64,000 nt of DNA from Lewinellaceae bacterium (GTDB lineage: Bacteria; Bacteroidota; Bacteroidia; Chitinophagales; Saprospiraceae): contig JACJYM010000001.1 in assembly GCA_020636155.1 (NCBI GenBank), positions 282,627-346,626 on the forward strand, in the 5' to 3' direction. The translations under genes and the position numbers were made by a program. This document shows, one piece after another, positions 1 to 11,000 of the stretch; positions within the stretch are counted from its first letter, which is position 1, and the number at the start of each line of letters is the position of its first letter. The notes under the pieces were generated by a model. The model saw only the letters and a program-made list of their open reading frames with translations, was not told the origin of the DNA and made no database searches.

Positions 1-1
1 A

Positions 2-436
2 GACCATGATTTAATCAAAGAACAAATTAAAGTGGCCGCAGGAATCCCCATTAGTGGTAAGAATTACTACCCTAGCCTACATGCTATGGAGTGCAGGATT
101 AATGCAGAAGATCCATTCAATGATTTCAGGCCAAATCCGGGCAAGATTACTTCATTTCACAGTCCTAAGGGTCATGGAGTGAGGGTCGACACCCATGTGT
201 ATGCAGGATACACCGTACCTCCCTATTATGATTCTATGATTGCGAAACTGATATGTAAGGCCCAGACTCGTGAGGAATGTATTAAAAAAATGCAACGAGC
301 CTTAGATGAGTTCGTAGTAGAAGGCATTAAAACTACAGTTCCATTTCACATTGAATTGATGAAAGATGAAAATTTCAGAAAAGGCGACTTCAATACCGGC
401 TTTATCAACACGTTTAAATTAGAAAAAGACCAGTAA
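2..436 (+). CDS. accC: acetyl-CoA carboxylase biotin carboxylase subunit, 3' part (5' end outside the window)
   Basis: The reading frame is open from the window edge. The translation '..[80 protein letters not shown]' matches the conserved C-terminal biotin-carboxylase domain (E. coli AccC '..[43 protein letters not shown]'). Confidence 0.9.
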   Translation, partial: DHDLIKEQIKVAAGIPISGKNYYPSLHAMECRINAEDPFNDFRPNPGKITSFHSPKGHGVRVDTHVYAGYTVPPYYDSMIAKLICKAQTREECIKKMQRALDEFVVEGIKTTVPFHIELMKDENFRKGDFNTGFINTFKLEKDQ

Positions 437-439
437 ATT

Positions 440-2260
440 TTGCCAAATTCCAAAACGCAGGGATTAACTGCTTTGCTGAGCCGATTGAAGCACTATCGCT
501 TCAATCTTGGCATGAGCATTATTTCTAATATCTTAGTTTCCATCTTCACCGTGGTCAGTATTCCCTTGTTTCAGCCATTTTTGGAAATACTTTTTGACAC
601 CGCCAGTGATCCTAATATTACCAAACCTGAAGATGCCAATATTTCAGAATTAATCAATTATCATCTTGCTCAACTCATCAATACTAGTGGTCGCCACAAG
701 GCACTTTTATATGCTTGCTTGTTCATTGTCATCGTATTTTTTCTAAAAAATATATTCCGATATTTTGCCGCATTTTTTATGGTCAAAGTGAGAAACGGGA
801 TCATCACCGATATTAGGAAAGAGCTTTTTAATAAGTTTCTCAACCTTCCGCTTTCGTATATTAGTGAGAATCGCAAAGGTGATTTGATGTCGAGACTTAC
901 CACCGATGTCGTGGAAATAGAATGGAGTATTCTCAATATGATAGATTACCTATTCAAATCCCCCATCATCATAATCGGTTGTGTCGCTTACATGATTTAT
1001 GTCTCGCCTCCACTTACCCTTTTCGTTTTGGCTTTAATGATTTTTACTGTAGTCATCATAGGTGGCATATCAAAAACACTAAAAAAGTCATCGACGCAAG
1101 TGCAGCAACACTTATCAAACATCAATTCTATCACGGAGGAAACTCTAGGTGGTCTCAGAATCATCAAAGGTTTTAATGCTGAGAACCACCAGTTACAAAA
1201 ATTCAACCACGAAAATTCAGGATTTTATTCCTCTCTCAATAAGTTGTTATATCGCCGCGAATTGTCATCGCCCCTGTCAGAGTTTTTGGGAATTACTTTG
1301 GTAACGATATTACTATGGTACGGAGGAAATCAGGTGTTGGATGAAAATCTAAATGCGGCAGCATTTCTGACCTATATCTTTGCATTTTTCTCTGTGATAG
1401 AACCTTCTAAAAGTCTTTCGACGGCATATTACAATATTCAGAAAGGGAAAGCGGCATTGGAGAGAGTTGACGACATCCTAAATACAGATGGTGAATATAA
1501 TGATGTCAATTCAAAAAAAGAGAAAATAGACTTTAATAAAGAAATAAGCCTTGAACACGTCACCTTTTCGTATGATCAAGAAAACTTAGTTATAGATGAT
1601 TTCAACCTAATAATACCGAAAGGGAAAATTGTGGCCTTAGTGGGAAGTTCAGGAGCTGGCAAATCCACGCTGGTGGACCTGATTCCTAGGTTTAGGATAT
1701 ATGATTCTGGAAGTATAAAAATAGATGGTCGAGATATCTTGAAGCTGGACTTGAGGACTCTGAGAAGTCTCTTTGGAATCGTCACTCAAGATGCCGTATT
1801 ATTTAATGACAGCATTCGGAATAATATAAGTTTTGGTGAAAATTACACCAATGAACAAATCATCGAAGCAGCAAAAATAGCCAACATCCACGATTTCATT
1901 GTCAGCTTACCCGATGCTTATGATACCAATATTGGGGATAGAGGCATGAAACTCAGTGGTGGCCAGAGACAGAGACTTACCATAGCAAGAGCCATCCTGC
2001 GCAATCCACCTATTTTGATTCTTGACGAGGCCACTTCGGCTCTAGATTCTGAGAGTGAAAAACTTGTTCAACAAGCTTTAGAAAGAGTGATGAAATCACG
2101 TACCTCAATCATCATAGCACATCGGCTCAGCACGATAAAAGGTGCAGACACCATTGTGGTCATGGAAAATGGAAAAATAGTTGAGCAGGGTACTCACGAA
2201 AATTTGCTGGAAATAGATGGCTTCTATAAAAAATTTGTTGAAATGCAAAGCTTTGCTTAA
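440..2260 (+). CDS. ABC transporter permease/ATP-binding protein, MsbA-like lipid/multidrug exporter
   Basis: 606 aa. The N-terminal half has six predicted TM helices. Walker A is 'GSSGAGKST', the ABC signature is 'LSGGQRQR', Walker B is 'ILILDEATSALD', and the H-loop is 'IIAHRLST'. The likely TTG start lies 4 nt after the accC stop; in-frame ATG candidates also exist further downstream. Confidence 0.88.
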   Translation: MPNSKTQGLTALLSRLKHYRFNLGMSIISNILVSIFTVVSIPLFQPFLEILFDTASDPNITKPEDANISELINYHLAQLINTSGRHKALLYACLFIVIVFFLKNIFRYFAAFFMVKVRNGIITDIRKELFNKFLNLPLSYISENRKGDLMSRLTTDVVEIEWSILNMIDYLFKSPIIIIGCVAYMIYVSPPLTLFVLALMIFTVVIIGGISKTLKKSSTQVQQHLSNINSITEETLGGLRIIKGFNAENHQLQKFNHENSGFYSSLNKLLYRRELSSPLSEFLGITLVTILLWYGGNQVLDENLNAAAFLTYIFAFFSVIEPSKSLSTAYYNIQKGKAALERVDDILNTDGEYNDVNSKKEKIDFNKEISLEHVTFSYDQENLVIDDFNLIIPKGKIVALVGSSGAGKSTLVDLIPRFRIYDSGSIKIDGRDILKLDLRTLRSLFGIVTQDAVLFNDSIRNNISFGENYTNEQIIEAAKIANIHDFIVSLPDAYDTNIGDRGMKLSGGQRQRLTIARAILRNPPILILDEATSALDSESEKLVQQALERVMKSRTSIIIAHRLSTIKGADTIVVMENGKIVEQGTHENLLEIDGFYKKFVEMQSFA

Positions 2261-2283
2261 CCAATGCAATTAATTTTGTAATT

Positions 2284-3384
2284 ATGAATGTGATAAGGCA
2301 AATATTAATCATAACGGCATTTATACAGTTTAATTCAGCTTTTGGTCAAGCTAAGGTCGATAAAATCGAACATGACACGAGCTATTATGCCATTGATTGG
2401 GGACATTATGATATTAATGCATTCAGGTTAAATTCAATGTTATTTGCCATAGACTACCCGCAGGTTCCCTATTCCTATGAATATATTGACACCGAGCTAG
2501 AAACCGCAAATTGCAATCACAAAATCATCACCTCAAATGGTGAAGAATTTTTTAAAAAAATTGATCAAAATGGGGTGAAAAACTGCTCCGAAACGCTAAA
2601 TACAGAATTTACGAAAAGTGGCAAAATCTATGTAAATTATTTCGGCGATTCTTACGAAATACCGATCGTAGAACGAATAAAAAAGAAATCATGGCTAAAT
2701 AGCCAAATCATGAAATTCGATAATCCAAGCTCCTATCTTGCAGAGTTATTACCAGATGATGTCACGAGTTTCAAAATAAAAATAGACATTAAAACTCGAG
2801 TGGTCAAAAACCAGGAAGCCATCCTTTCGAATAATAATATCAATACGCCAGTTAACTATGTTTTACTCACTAATGAGGTCTCGTACCTTGCCAGTATTCG
2901 ACGAAAAGACAGATCTGAAGATGAGCTATTAAGTCAAGAACAAGCGGAATTGATATTAGACAGAATTGACCTTATATTAAACCGAAATTACAGTGAATAC
3001 ATTCTTTTTCACCCATTGGAAAATCAATTATTATGCGATGTGAAGTTTCGGGATAATGAAATATTTTATTCCAAATTTAGGAGACCAAACAATTCTTCTG
3101 ATTTAAAAATTATCAATAAAAACACAAAAGAATTTCTAATATTTCCCAATCCAACTTACGATGAATTAAACGTAGATATCATTGGTTTGCCATCGGATTA
3201 TTATACCGTCTCAGTTAAAAATATACTAGGAAAATCTCTATATACGTCCCTGAAGCCAAAATTTCCCGTAACTTCAATTGATTTAAATTTAGATTTTTTA
3301 GTAAAAGGGCCTTATTTACTCAGTATTTTGGATGGAAATGGTCGTAAACTTACAACTCGAAGAATCGCCATTATTGGTCAGTAA
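2284..3384 (+). CDS. hypothetical secreted protein with T9SS (Por) C-terminal sorting domain
   Basis: N-terminal signal peptide 'MNVIRQILIITAFIQFNSAFGQA'. The C-terminal ~80 aa, 'LIFPNPTYDELNVDIIGLPSDYYTVSVKNILGK..YLLSILDGNGRKLTTRRIAII', fit the T9SS type-A CTD pattern. Confidence 0.7.
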   Translation: MNVIRQILIITAFIQFNSAFGQAKVDKIEHDTSYYAIDWGHYDINAFRLNSMLFAIDYPQVPYSYEYIDTELETANCNHKIITSNGEEFFKKIDQNGVKNCSETLNTEFTKSGKIYVNYFGDSYEIPIVERIKKKSWLNSQIMKFDNPSSYLAELLPDDVTSFKIKIDIKTRVVKNQEAILSNNNINTPVNYVLLTNEVSYLASIRRKDRSEDELLSQEQAELILDRIDLILNRNYSEYILFHPLENQLLCDVKFRDNEIFYSKFRRPNNSSDLKIINKNTKEFLIFPNPTYDELNVDIIGLPSDYYTVSVKNILGKSLYTSLKPKFPVTSIDLNLDFLVKGPYLLSILDGNGRKLTTRRIAIIGQ

Positions 3385-3396
3385 AAAACAATTAGA

Positions 3397-3939
3397 ATGA
3401 AGGATAAAATATTAGCATTAGCTGGAAGTAGTAGTAAAAAATCTATCAATAAAAAACTTGTTAACTGGGTGGCATCCCTATTTGAAAATTATGACACAGA
3501 ATTATTAGATTTGAACGATTATGAGGTTCCCCTATTCAGTGTCGATTATGAAGCTGATTACGGATTTTCGCCAAGGATATTGGAGTTACACCATAAGATA
3601 AGTCAATCTGATTTGATTTTAATCTCATTGGCGGAACACAATGGAAGTTATAGCGCGGCCTTTAAAAATGTATTTGACTGGTTATCTAGAATTCCGAATA
3701 CTTCAGTTTTTCAAGGTAAATCATTATTCCTTATGTCAACCAGTCCTGGCGCAAGAGGTGGAAAATCTGTACTAGACGCGGCCATCGCCCGGTTTCCATT
3801 TAATGGTGCCGTGGTAGCAGAGCATTTTTCGCTTCCAAAATTTTATGAAACATTTGACGAGAATGATGGAATAATTGATGTCGAAAAAAAAAGTGAAATA
3901 CTAGAAAAAGTGAAATACATCAAAGAATTGCTTGTTTAA
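3397..3939 (+). CDS. NADPH-dependent FMN reductase family protein (flavodoxin-like)
   Basis: 180 aa. The N-terminus 'KILALAGSSSKKSINKKL' and the motifs 'LILISLAEHNGSYSAAFKN..DW' are typical of the SsuE/ChrR NADPH-dependent FMN reductase family. Confidence 0.75.
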   Translation: MKDKILALAGSSSKKSINKKLVNWVASLFENYDTELLDLNDYEVPLFSVDYEADYGFSPRILELHHKISQSDLILISLAEHNGSYSAAFKNVFDWLSRIPNTSVFQGKSLFLMSTSPGARGGKSVLDAAIARFPFNGAVVAEHFSLPKFYETFDENDGIIDVEKKSEILEKVKYIKELLV

Positions 3940-4880
3940 CCATATAGATATCACTTATAAAAAAATGAAAAAATATAAAGAACAACAAGAAGCTGAAAGA
4001 AAGGTCTATCAACAATTCATAGGTAAACACTTCATACAAAATCAAAGACAAGATAAATATGGAGAATGGGCAGGTGCTATGGTAGAAATTCCAAAACATC
4101 AATATGAAGAATTAATGGACTTAAATTCTTTGATGCATAAATTTGCTTTGATTTATAGAAAACATTTAGAAGTTCAAATGAACTTTATGGAAATCGAGAA
4201 CACAATTTCAGATTATAAAGAACAATTAGAAAACTGTACACCAAGAGAATCGAGCATGATACAAAGATTAGCATTTATTGATATCAATAGACGAATAACA
4301 AATTTTTTAACGAGCTTCAATTCTTTGATTTACGACTTTCTTGCAAAATATATGGTTCCTGAATTATTTGGAAAAAAAATCAGATAAAGCGAAGGAATAC
4401 ATTCAAAAAACTAATGACTGGTATGATTCTAATATCAATGGATATAAATTCATTGTTAATCTTAGAGATTATGCAACGCATAGAAATTTACCAGTTCAAA
4501 TTGTAAGATTTAAATTTGATTATGACGAAACGGAAGACAAAAAACTAAGAGCTGAGCCATTTGTCGAATTCAAAAAAAGAACACTGCAAGAAAATGAGAA
4601 GTTAGGAAGAAAATTAAAGGATGAACTAAACACGTTCCCAGACACTTTCTCAATCATTCCACTTCTTGATGATATCAAAATATTTACTGATAATTTTTTG
4701 TGCGACTTTATTAAATTCTGTGGAACGATGTTCACTGAAATGGCAGACAAATTAATTCAATATTATTATACGTTGAAAAATCCTGATTTGGTTAGTTTTG
4801 GCAAAGTAGATTCAAATGGAAATATTCGACATATATTTTTCCAACCAGATATCTTGAAGAAAATCAAAGAATGTACGTAA
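3932..4880 (+). pseudogene. hypothetical ~316-aa protein (possible HEPN/Abi-like) split by a frameshift at an A8 homopolymer
   Basis: Two ORFs, 3932-4387 (frame 2) and 4341-4880 (frame 0), join in the 35-47-nt region where they overlap and would become continuous with a one-nucleotide change in the A8 run at 4372-4379. The spliced junction reads '..MVPELFGKK|SDKAKEYIQK..'. The downstream part carries 'NLRDYATHRN', which fits the Rx4H pattern. The region has about 30% GC, lower than its flanks. Confidence 0.55.
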
Positions 4881-4903
4881 ATGAATACGAGTGCTAACAA
4901 GCT

Positions 4904-4930
4904 GTGATCAAGGAATCGTTCCTTCGTCAC
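4904..4930 (+). other. hairpin (AAGGAA-TCG-TTCCTT with flanking GTGA/TCAC) immediately 3' of the frameshifted gene
   Basis: An imperfect palindrome, 'gtgatcaaggaatcgttccttcgtcac', sits 24 nt after the stop. It has no U-tract, so it is not a canonical intrinsic terminator. Confidence 0.3.
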
Positions 4931-5114
4931 GAATCACGATACATCAGAAACGATATTAACAATATTTCAAAAAATTGGAGGGCAATATTTTTTCAATATA
5001 TTGAAAACAAAGGGTTAAAAAAAGCTTAATGAATTGATTCTTATTAATAATTTTCATATTTGTAAGTTCATATTTTATACTTTTACGCCTTAATAATTAA
5101 ACAACTAAGAAATC

Positions 5115-6077
5115 ATGCATTATAAATCAGATGTAGAAGCGGTCGATGCATTGTCGAGATCATATAGAGAATTAAAATCTGAAATTGGAAAAGTCATTGT
5201 AGGGCAAAATGAAGTGGTTCAGGCAGTCATTATTTCACTTTTCAGCAATGGACACAGCTTGTTGGTAGGAGTGCCTGGGCTGGCAAAGACATTGCTTGTA
5301 AGCACCATCGCTGATGTTTTAGATCTAGAATTCAAAAGAATACAATTTACACCTGATTTAATGCCATCGGATATTACCGGAGCAGAGATTCTTGATGAAA
5401 ACAGACATTTCAAATTTAATAGAGGTCCACTTTTTGCCAATATTATCTTAGCTGATGAGATTAACCGTACACCTCCTAAAACCCAAGCGGCATTACTCGA
5501 AGCCATGCAAGAAAGGTCGGTAACCGTTGCGGGTCAAAGACACGTCTTGGACAAACCATTCTTTGTCCTCGCCACTCAAAACCCCATTGAACAAGAAGGT
5601 ACCTACCCTTTACCAGAGGCTCAACTAGACCGTTTTATGTTTAATATTCCACTTGACTATCCCTCATACAGTGAGGAAGTTGATGTCGTAAAAGGCACTA
5701 CCACGGATCGAGACATCGTGCTAAAAAACGTGTTAAACTCCAGCGAAATCATGGAATTTCAAAAATTGGTCAGAAAAATTCCAATAGCGGATAATGTCTT
5801 AGAGTATGCTGTAAAACTTGCTTCCAAAACTAGACCCAACACGGAAATGGCAACCGCAGAAGTCAACAATTATATTTCTTGGGGTGCTGGCCCACGGGCT
5901 TCGCAGTATCTAGTATTAGGGGCAAAGTGCCACGCGGCAATTAATGGAAAATACTCACCTGATATCGAGGATGTGCAAGCCATTGCAAATTATGTCTTAA
6001 GGCACAGAGTAGTAAAAAATTATAAAGCAGAAGCGGAAGGACTTAGTGTTGAGGATATCATTAAAAATCTGTATTAA
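5115..6077 (+). CDS. MoxR-family AAA+ ATPase
   Basis: 320 aa. Walker A is 'GVPGLAKT', Walker B is 'ILADEINR', and the MoxR-typical 'VIVGQNEVVQAVIISLFSNGHSLLVGVPGLAKTLLV' and 'PLPEAQLDRFM' are present. Confidence 0.9.
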   Translation: MHYKSDVEAVDALSRSYRELKSEIGKVIVGQNEVVQAVIISLFSNGHSLLVGVPGLAKTLLVSTIADVLDLEFKRIQFTPDLMPSDITGAEILDENRHFKFNRGPLFANIILADEINRTPPKTQAALLEAMQERSVTVAGQRHVLDKPFFVLATQNPIEQEGTYPLPEAQLDRFMFNIPLDYPSYSEEVDVVKGTTTDRDIVLKNVLNSSEIMEFQKLVRKIPIADNVLEYAVKLASKTRPNTEMATAEVNNYISWGAGPRASQYLVLGAKCHAAINGKYSPDIEDVQAIANYVLRHRVVKNYKAEAEGLSVEDIIKNLY

Positions 6078-6191
6078 CGAAACTTTTACTGTTGCCCTGT
6101 TACTTTTTGGTTCATGATAGAGTCAAATAGACATAGACAACATTCGTGTTGGGATTAATTGCATTCATAAAAATTCAAAAATGCTACTCTT

Positions 6192-6899
6192 ATGAAAAAA
6201 TTGATGGTACTTCTTACTTTCTCATTGTTTTTTAGCTCTTGTGACCCAAAAGATTTGGATAAAATATTGGGGACTGCTGGCTCTGCTTTATTGACTGATG
6301 CTGATATTTCGTCAGGGTTAAAAGAAGCTCTAGATAATGGTGTCAAAGTCAGTGTTCAAAAATTAAGTGCAACTGACGGGTACTATCAATCCTCATATAA
6401 AATTCTACTTCCCGCAGAAGCAAACAAAGTCATCGATAAGCTAAAGTTCATACCGGGATTTGAAAACTTACAGGAAGAAGCTATTAAAAAGATAAACCGA
6501 GCAGCCGAGGATGCAGCGACCAAAGCAGGACCAATATTTTTTGATGCCATCAAAGGCATGAGTTTTTCTGATGTAACCAATGTGCTAATGGGACCCAAAA
6601 ATGCGGCGACCAATTATTTGCACGACCACACATATCAGTCGCTCTATGGTGAATTTAATCCTGTGATAATGAATTCGCTCAATAAATTTGGAGCATTAGA
6701 TTTATGGTCGGATGCCATCAATACCTATAACCAAATTCCTTTTATTACGAAACTCAATCCCGACTTAGGCGACTATGTTACTAATAAAGCATTGGATGGT
6801 CTTTTTAGTTTGATTGAGAAAAAAGAATACGGGATTAGAACCGATATTTCTCAAAGGACAAGTTCATTACTGAAGAAAGTATTTGCAAAGCAAGACTAG
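6192..6899 (+). CDS. hypothetical lipoprotein (DUF4197-like)
   Basis: 235 aa. The lipoprotein signal is 'MKKLMVLLTFSLFFSSC'. It lies immediately downstream of moxR on the same strand. The family assignment is from memory only. Confidence 0.6.
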   Translation: MKKLMVLLTFSLFFSSCDPKDLDKILGTAGSALLTDADISSGLKEALDNGVKVSVQKLSATDGYYQSSYKILLPAEANKVIDKLKFIPGFENLQEEAIKKINRAAEDAATKAGPIFFDAIKGMSFSDVTNVLMGPKNAATNYLHDHTYQSLYGEFNPVIMNSLNKFGALDLWSDAINTYNQIPFITKLNPDLGDYVTNKALDGLFSLIEKKEYGIRTDISQRTSSLLKKVFAKQD

Positions 6900-6937
6900 A
6901 TTAAAGTCTTCTGTTTTTAATCAAAAGATAATGGTAA

Positions 6938-7258
6938 ATGGAAGATAATTCACTACCTAACGGAATGTCAATATTGCATTCCAAAAGTGAAAACGGAGGT
7001 CAATTTCTTCTATTTCAAGATGAGACTGAAATTGGAAATTTGGATTATCGGTGGGCAGGAACTAAAAAAATTATCATTGATTATGTCCAAGTAACACCTA
7101 GATTGAGAGGGCATAATCTAGCGAAACTCTTGGTTAGTCACGCCGTTATATTTGCCAAAAGTCAAAACATTAGAATCGTGCCGCTTTGTTCTTATGCTCG
7201 AATTGTCATGTTGCGAAATCCGGGAATGAAAGAAGTTATGTACCCTATCGGTGAGTAA
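6938..7258 (+). CDS. small GNAT-family N-acetyltransferase (YjdJ-like)
   Basis: About 100 aa. 'IDYVQVTPRLRGHNLAKLLVSHAVIFAKSQNIRIVPLCSYA' matches the single-domain GNAT family. The true start may be the internal Met near 6965. Confidence 0.6.
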   Translation: MEDNSLPNGMSILHSKSENGGQFLLFQDETEIGNLDYRWAGTKKIIIDYVQVTPRLRGHNLAKLLVSHAVIFAKSQNIRIVPLCSYARIVMLRNPGMKEVMYPIGE

Positions 7259-7310
7259 AATTGGTCAATACCTACATTTTAAGTAATGGAATACAGTTAT
7301 AATCGTCTCC

Positions 7311-7787
7311 TTATTTTTTCTCTACCTTGTACACAAAATAATCTGTTTTACCTTGCCAAGGCATTGCTCTATTCTTTTCTTTGTAGTAAAACATCAATCT
7401 ATCTCCTTGTGACTGAATCAGTTGATTGTATAGATTTTTATCAGAAACTGAAAATGACCAAATATTGCCAATATCACCGCCTTGCATATCTGTAGAAATT
7501 CCACCCATATTGGCCTCCCCTTCCATGGTTTTAAAAACATATCCTTTGGTCGAAATTTTCATTAATACTCCCGTACGAGTTCCATCACTATATGTCCAAT
7601 TACACCACCACATATACGCCGCACCTGAAAGTAGCAAGATTACAATAATAGAATAAATGAGCTTTTTAGTGAATGAAATGGTTTTTTTGACCCCAGAATT
7701 AACTGCATTCGAAATGCTTTTCTTTTTATCGGCAAAATCTTGTTTTATGTCATTCGCCGTATTATTAATGCTATCTTTTATTGACAT
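7311..7787 (-). CDS. hypothetical membrane-anchored protein
   Basis: 158 aa. It has one TM helix, 'LIYSIIVILLLSGAAYMWW', followed by a soluble domain. It is convergent with the GNAT gene. No recognisable catalytic motif. Confidence 0.5.
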   Translation of the reverse strand: MSIKDSINNTANDIKQDFADKKKSISNAVNSGVKKTISFTKKLIYSIIVILLLSGAAYMWWCNWTYSDGTRTGVLMKISTKGYVFKTMEGEANMGGISTDMQGGDIGNIWSFSVSDKNLYNQLIQSQGDRLMFYYKEKNRAMPWQGKTDYFVYKVEKK

Positions 7788-7971
7788 TATGAATTGTAAA
7801 TTGATTAGAAATTTTGAAATAATTCAACAAAGTTAGTTCCAATATTTGAAAATTATATCTTCAAATTAAAACAGATGCAGTTCATTTTTTCATTAGGGTT
7901 TAATATCTGCCCAGTCATTTGAACGAACCCACCTTTTGGACATCTTTATGGACGAAAAAAATGAATTATGC

Positions 7972-8010
7972 GACAAAAACAAAAAAGCCCGACGATAAAA
8001 TCATCGGGCT
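7972..8010 (-). terminator. rho-independent terminator of the 1931-aa giant gene
   Basis: On the minus strand, the hairpin AGCCCGAUGA-UUUUA-UCGUCGGGCU (9/10 bp) is followed by UUUUUUGUUUUUG. It lies 23 nt downstream of the stop at 8033. Confidence 0.7.
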
Positions 8011-8032
8011 CAATAATATTACTAACTAAAAA

Positions 8033-11000
8033 CTATTCGATAATAATCATTTTCTTAGTCACGGATTGATTATTGTATGTCATTTGATAATACAATACCC
8101 CGGTCGTATTCAACTCGTTTTTATTGATACTCAAGTTATTAAATCCTTTGTTACCTTTCAAGTTTCTTTCCATCAAGGTTCGTCCAGATAAATCAAATAC
8201 CTTAAACATCACTTCACCATCATTTGGTAAACTATACTCTAAATTACTCACCGATTTAAATGGATTCGGATTGTTTTGTCCTATCATAAATTCAAATTTT
8301 TCATCATTCAATACATTGTATTCTAAATTGAGATTAAATGTGCCTAGATCTTCGCCCTTATACAACTCACTAGTGATACCTTGATTAGAAATTGCCAATC
8401 TTGCATTCGGGAAGTTTTTCCTGAGCACCAGTTTAAAGATGGCGTCGTCCTCATCTAAGCTGATACCGTTCGAATTACTCCAACTTATTCGCAATGTTCC
8501 ATCAATAAATGCCACATTCTCATTTGAAATGTTTATTCCCGCAGATTCTATACCAACATATTCGTAACCGTCCATTTCCATCCCCATTTGGAAACCATAC
8601 ACTTCGTCAAATTGTATACTGTAAACAGGAATTTCTACAACATCGTTAGTCGATATAGGCGTGACTGCTATAAAGCTTATCTGACCCTGATTTCTTGCCT
8701 GATCCACATTGGCTCTAGCTCCTTCCATAATCATACTTTCATTTACATCTCCAATTTTTATACCTATAAAATTGACATTCATGTTTTCTTGAAAATCTTC
8801 GATATAGTATTTTTCCTCCAATGGCGTTGTAAATGGATTCGTCTCATCAAAGAAAGTCATGTCTTTATTTACGAATCTCCAACTCGTATTATCAGGATAC
8901 TGTGGTGTGAGACCAAGTATTAATTTTCTAATTTGAATTAAATCTGATGCCGTAATTTTATCATCGTGATTGACATCCGCAGCAATGATTTTATATGGAC
9001 TTGATAATGTAGCCAAACCTAATATGTGTCTTTGTATCAACACTAAATCCAGAGTACTGACACCATTTGCATCATCTCCATCTTTTTCTGGATTCACAAC
9101 ATAGTTGCCACCCATCTGCATATCATCAAACTGATATTCACCTTCTGAATTAGTTAAAATCGGCTCTAATCCTGATTGATTTAAGCTTACCAAGGCATTT
9201 GGAATTTCATCATCTCCTTCTGTCGCCAATCTTCCTGCAACATGTGCCAATCTAGGCAAACAAATATCTACCTCATTGGTATCAATGACATCAATAAATG
9301 TCTCGCAATAACTTGTGTTTCCATTGCTATCAGTGACCCACATCTCAAGGAATTGTCTGCCAATATCATTACATCCAAATGTTCTTGTCTTGTCATTTAC
9401 ATTAGAAGAAAAACTAAATTCTAAAGTAGTATTACATGATTGGTAACTTCCATTATTAAACATTTCCGCTTGAATGGTCACCTCTTCTGTTTCATCACCA
9501 GGTGTACTTGGATCAGGATCGGAAGGAATAAGTTGTGTACTCAAGCCATTCATACAATATGCGACGGGTGCTTTACAATTCTCTACTTCAAAATCATAAC
9601 TCGTAAGTGCCGTATTTCCACAATTGTCACCGACCACAAAATCCACACTATGAACACCTATAGGATAGATATCACTGGCATCATTTCCCGAACCATTGAT
9701 TGTACTACCATCTTCCAGATGTACAGAATAGAACCACGTAAGGTCTTCTGCACTCGTACAATCATCGTCTGCACTAGCGGTCAGTTCGATATATGCCGGA
9801 CCGCAATTCACGTCGTAGCTACACACGTGTCTTAATTCCGTTCCGCTTGTAATCTGTGGTCCGCTTAAGTTATTTACTTTTATTTCTTGTTCATATTCCC
9901 AAGTTTTAAAGGTACCATCTGTATTTTTTTGACACCAATCTATGACAATCCAGTTTCTTAAGACTTTAAAACAAGCACCATTTGATTGTGTAGGATAAGT
10001 TTTATCTTCATAAGTAAAACCGACTTGGTCACAAGTACCTTCTGAAATTATAGGTTCAGCATAAGGTGCCGGCATATTTTCCGGACTAATATCTGATACT
10101 GAACAACCATCATTATTAACATAATTTGATGGCCAGATAATACCACTTTCGTCAAAAGGAGCTGGATTACTAAAAGTAATCACTTGATAGCACTCTTGAG
10201 GTCCCGTAATCGGTTGTGTCAATGTAAAATGTCTAGTAATCGTTCCTGTTCCACAAGATGTAATATTATAATTTGCTTGCTCAGCAACATTGCTCAAATC
10301 GGTACAACCTCCTCCGGTTAAAGTCGGTTCTCCAAAATAACTTGACAAGTTATTAGGATCATAGGTAAATCCACAATCTACTGTTTGATTGGCTGGGCAA
10401 ACCATGTACGATGGAACTTTGTCTTGTACTTCTACTGTCACCATACACATATTACTATTACCTCCCAAATCCGTTGCTCTCAAAACAACCATGACAGTAT
10501 TTCCTATATCTGCACAACAGAAATAAACTTTATCAGACCATTCTGTTCCATTATTTCCACATGGATCATCCATTCTTCTAATATCAAGGGTAACTGGCCC
10601 ACATTCGTCAAAACTTCCATCATCAACATCCTCCGCTGTTAAATGGGTGGTACCATCAGGCAATATAGCCAAAGTTGTAAATTGATCGCAAATTGTAATC
10701 GGATCAGTTTGATCTCTTACAGTTACTACTATTGACTTTTTACTAATGTTATCACATTGGTCGACCGCGGTATAGGTCACCGTCTGTACCCCAACCGGGA
10801 TATCAGCGTAACCACCATTTGTACTTAAGCTACCGCCGTCCCAATTAACATATACTGCTATGATGTCAGCACAAGCATCTACCACCGTAGCAGTTGGCAA
10901 TAATACATGAGCTGTACAACTATAATTTCCTGTAGAAACATTCATATCACTGAGTCCTGTAATGCTCGGCCCCTCTGTATCTGCTATTCTTATTACCTGT

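Noticed and set aside
670-1785. ORFs 670-936(-), 922-1176(+), 997-1206(-) and 1576-1785(-) within the ABC transporter gene
   Set aside because: They overlap a well-supported ABC exporter frame with Walker, signature and TM motifs, so they are spurious alternate-frame ORFs.
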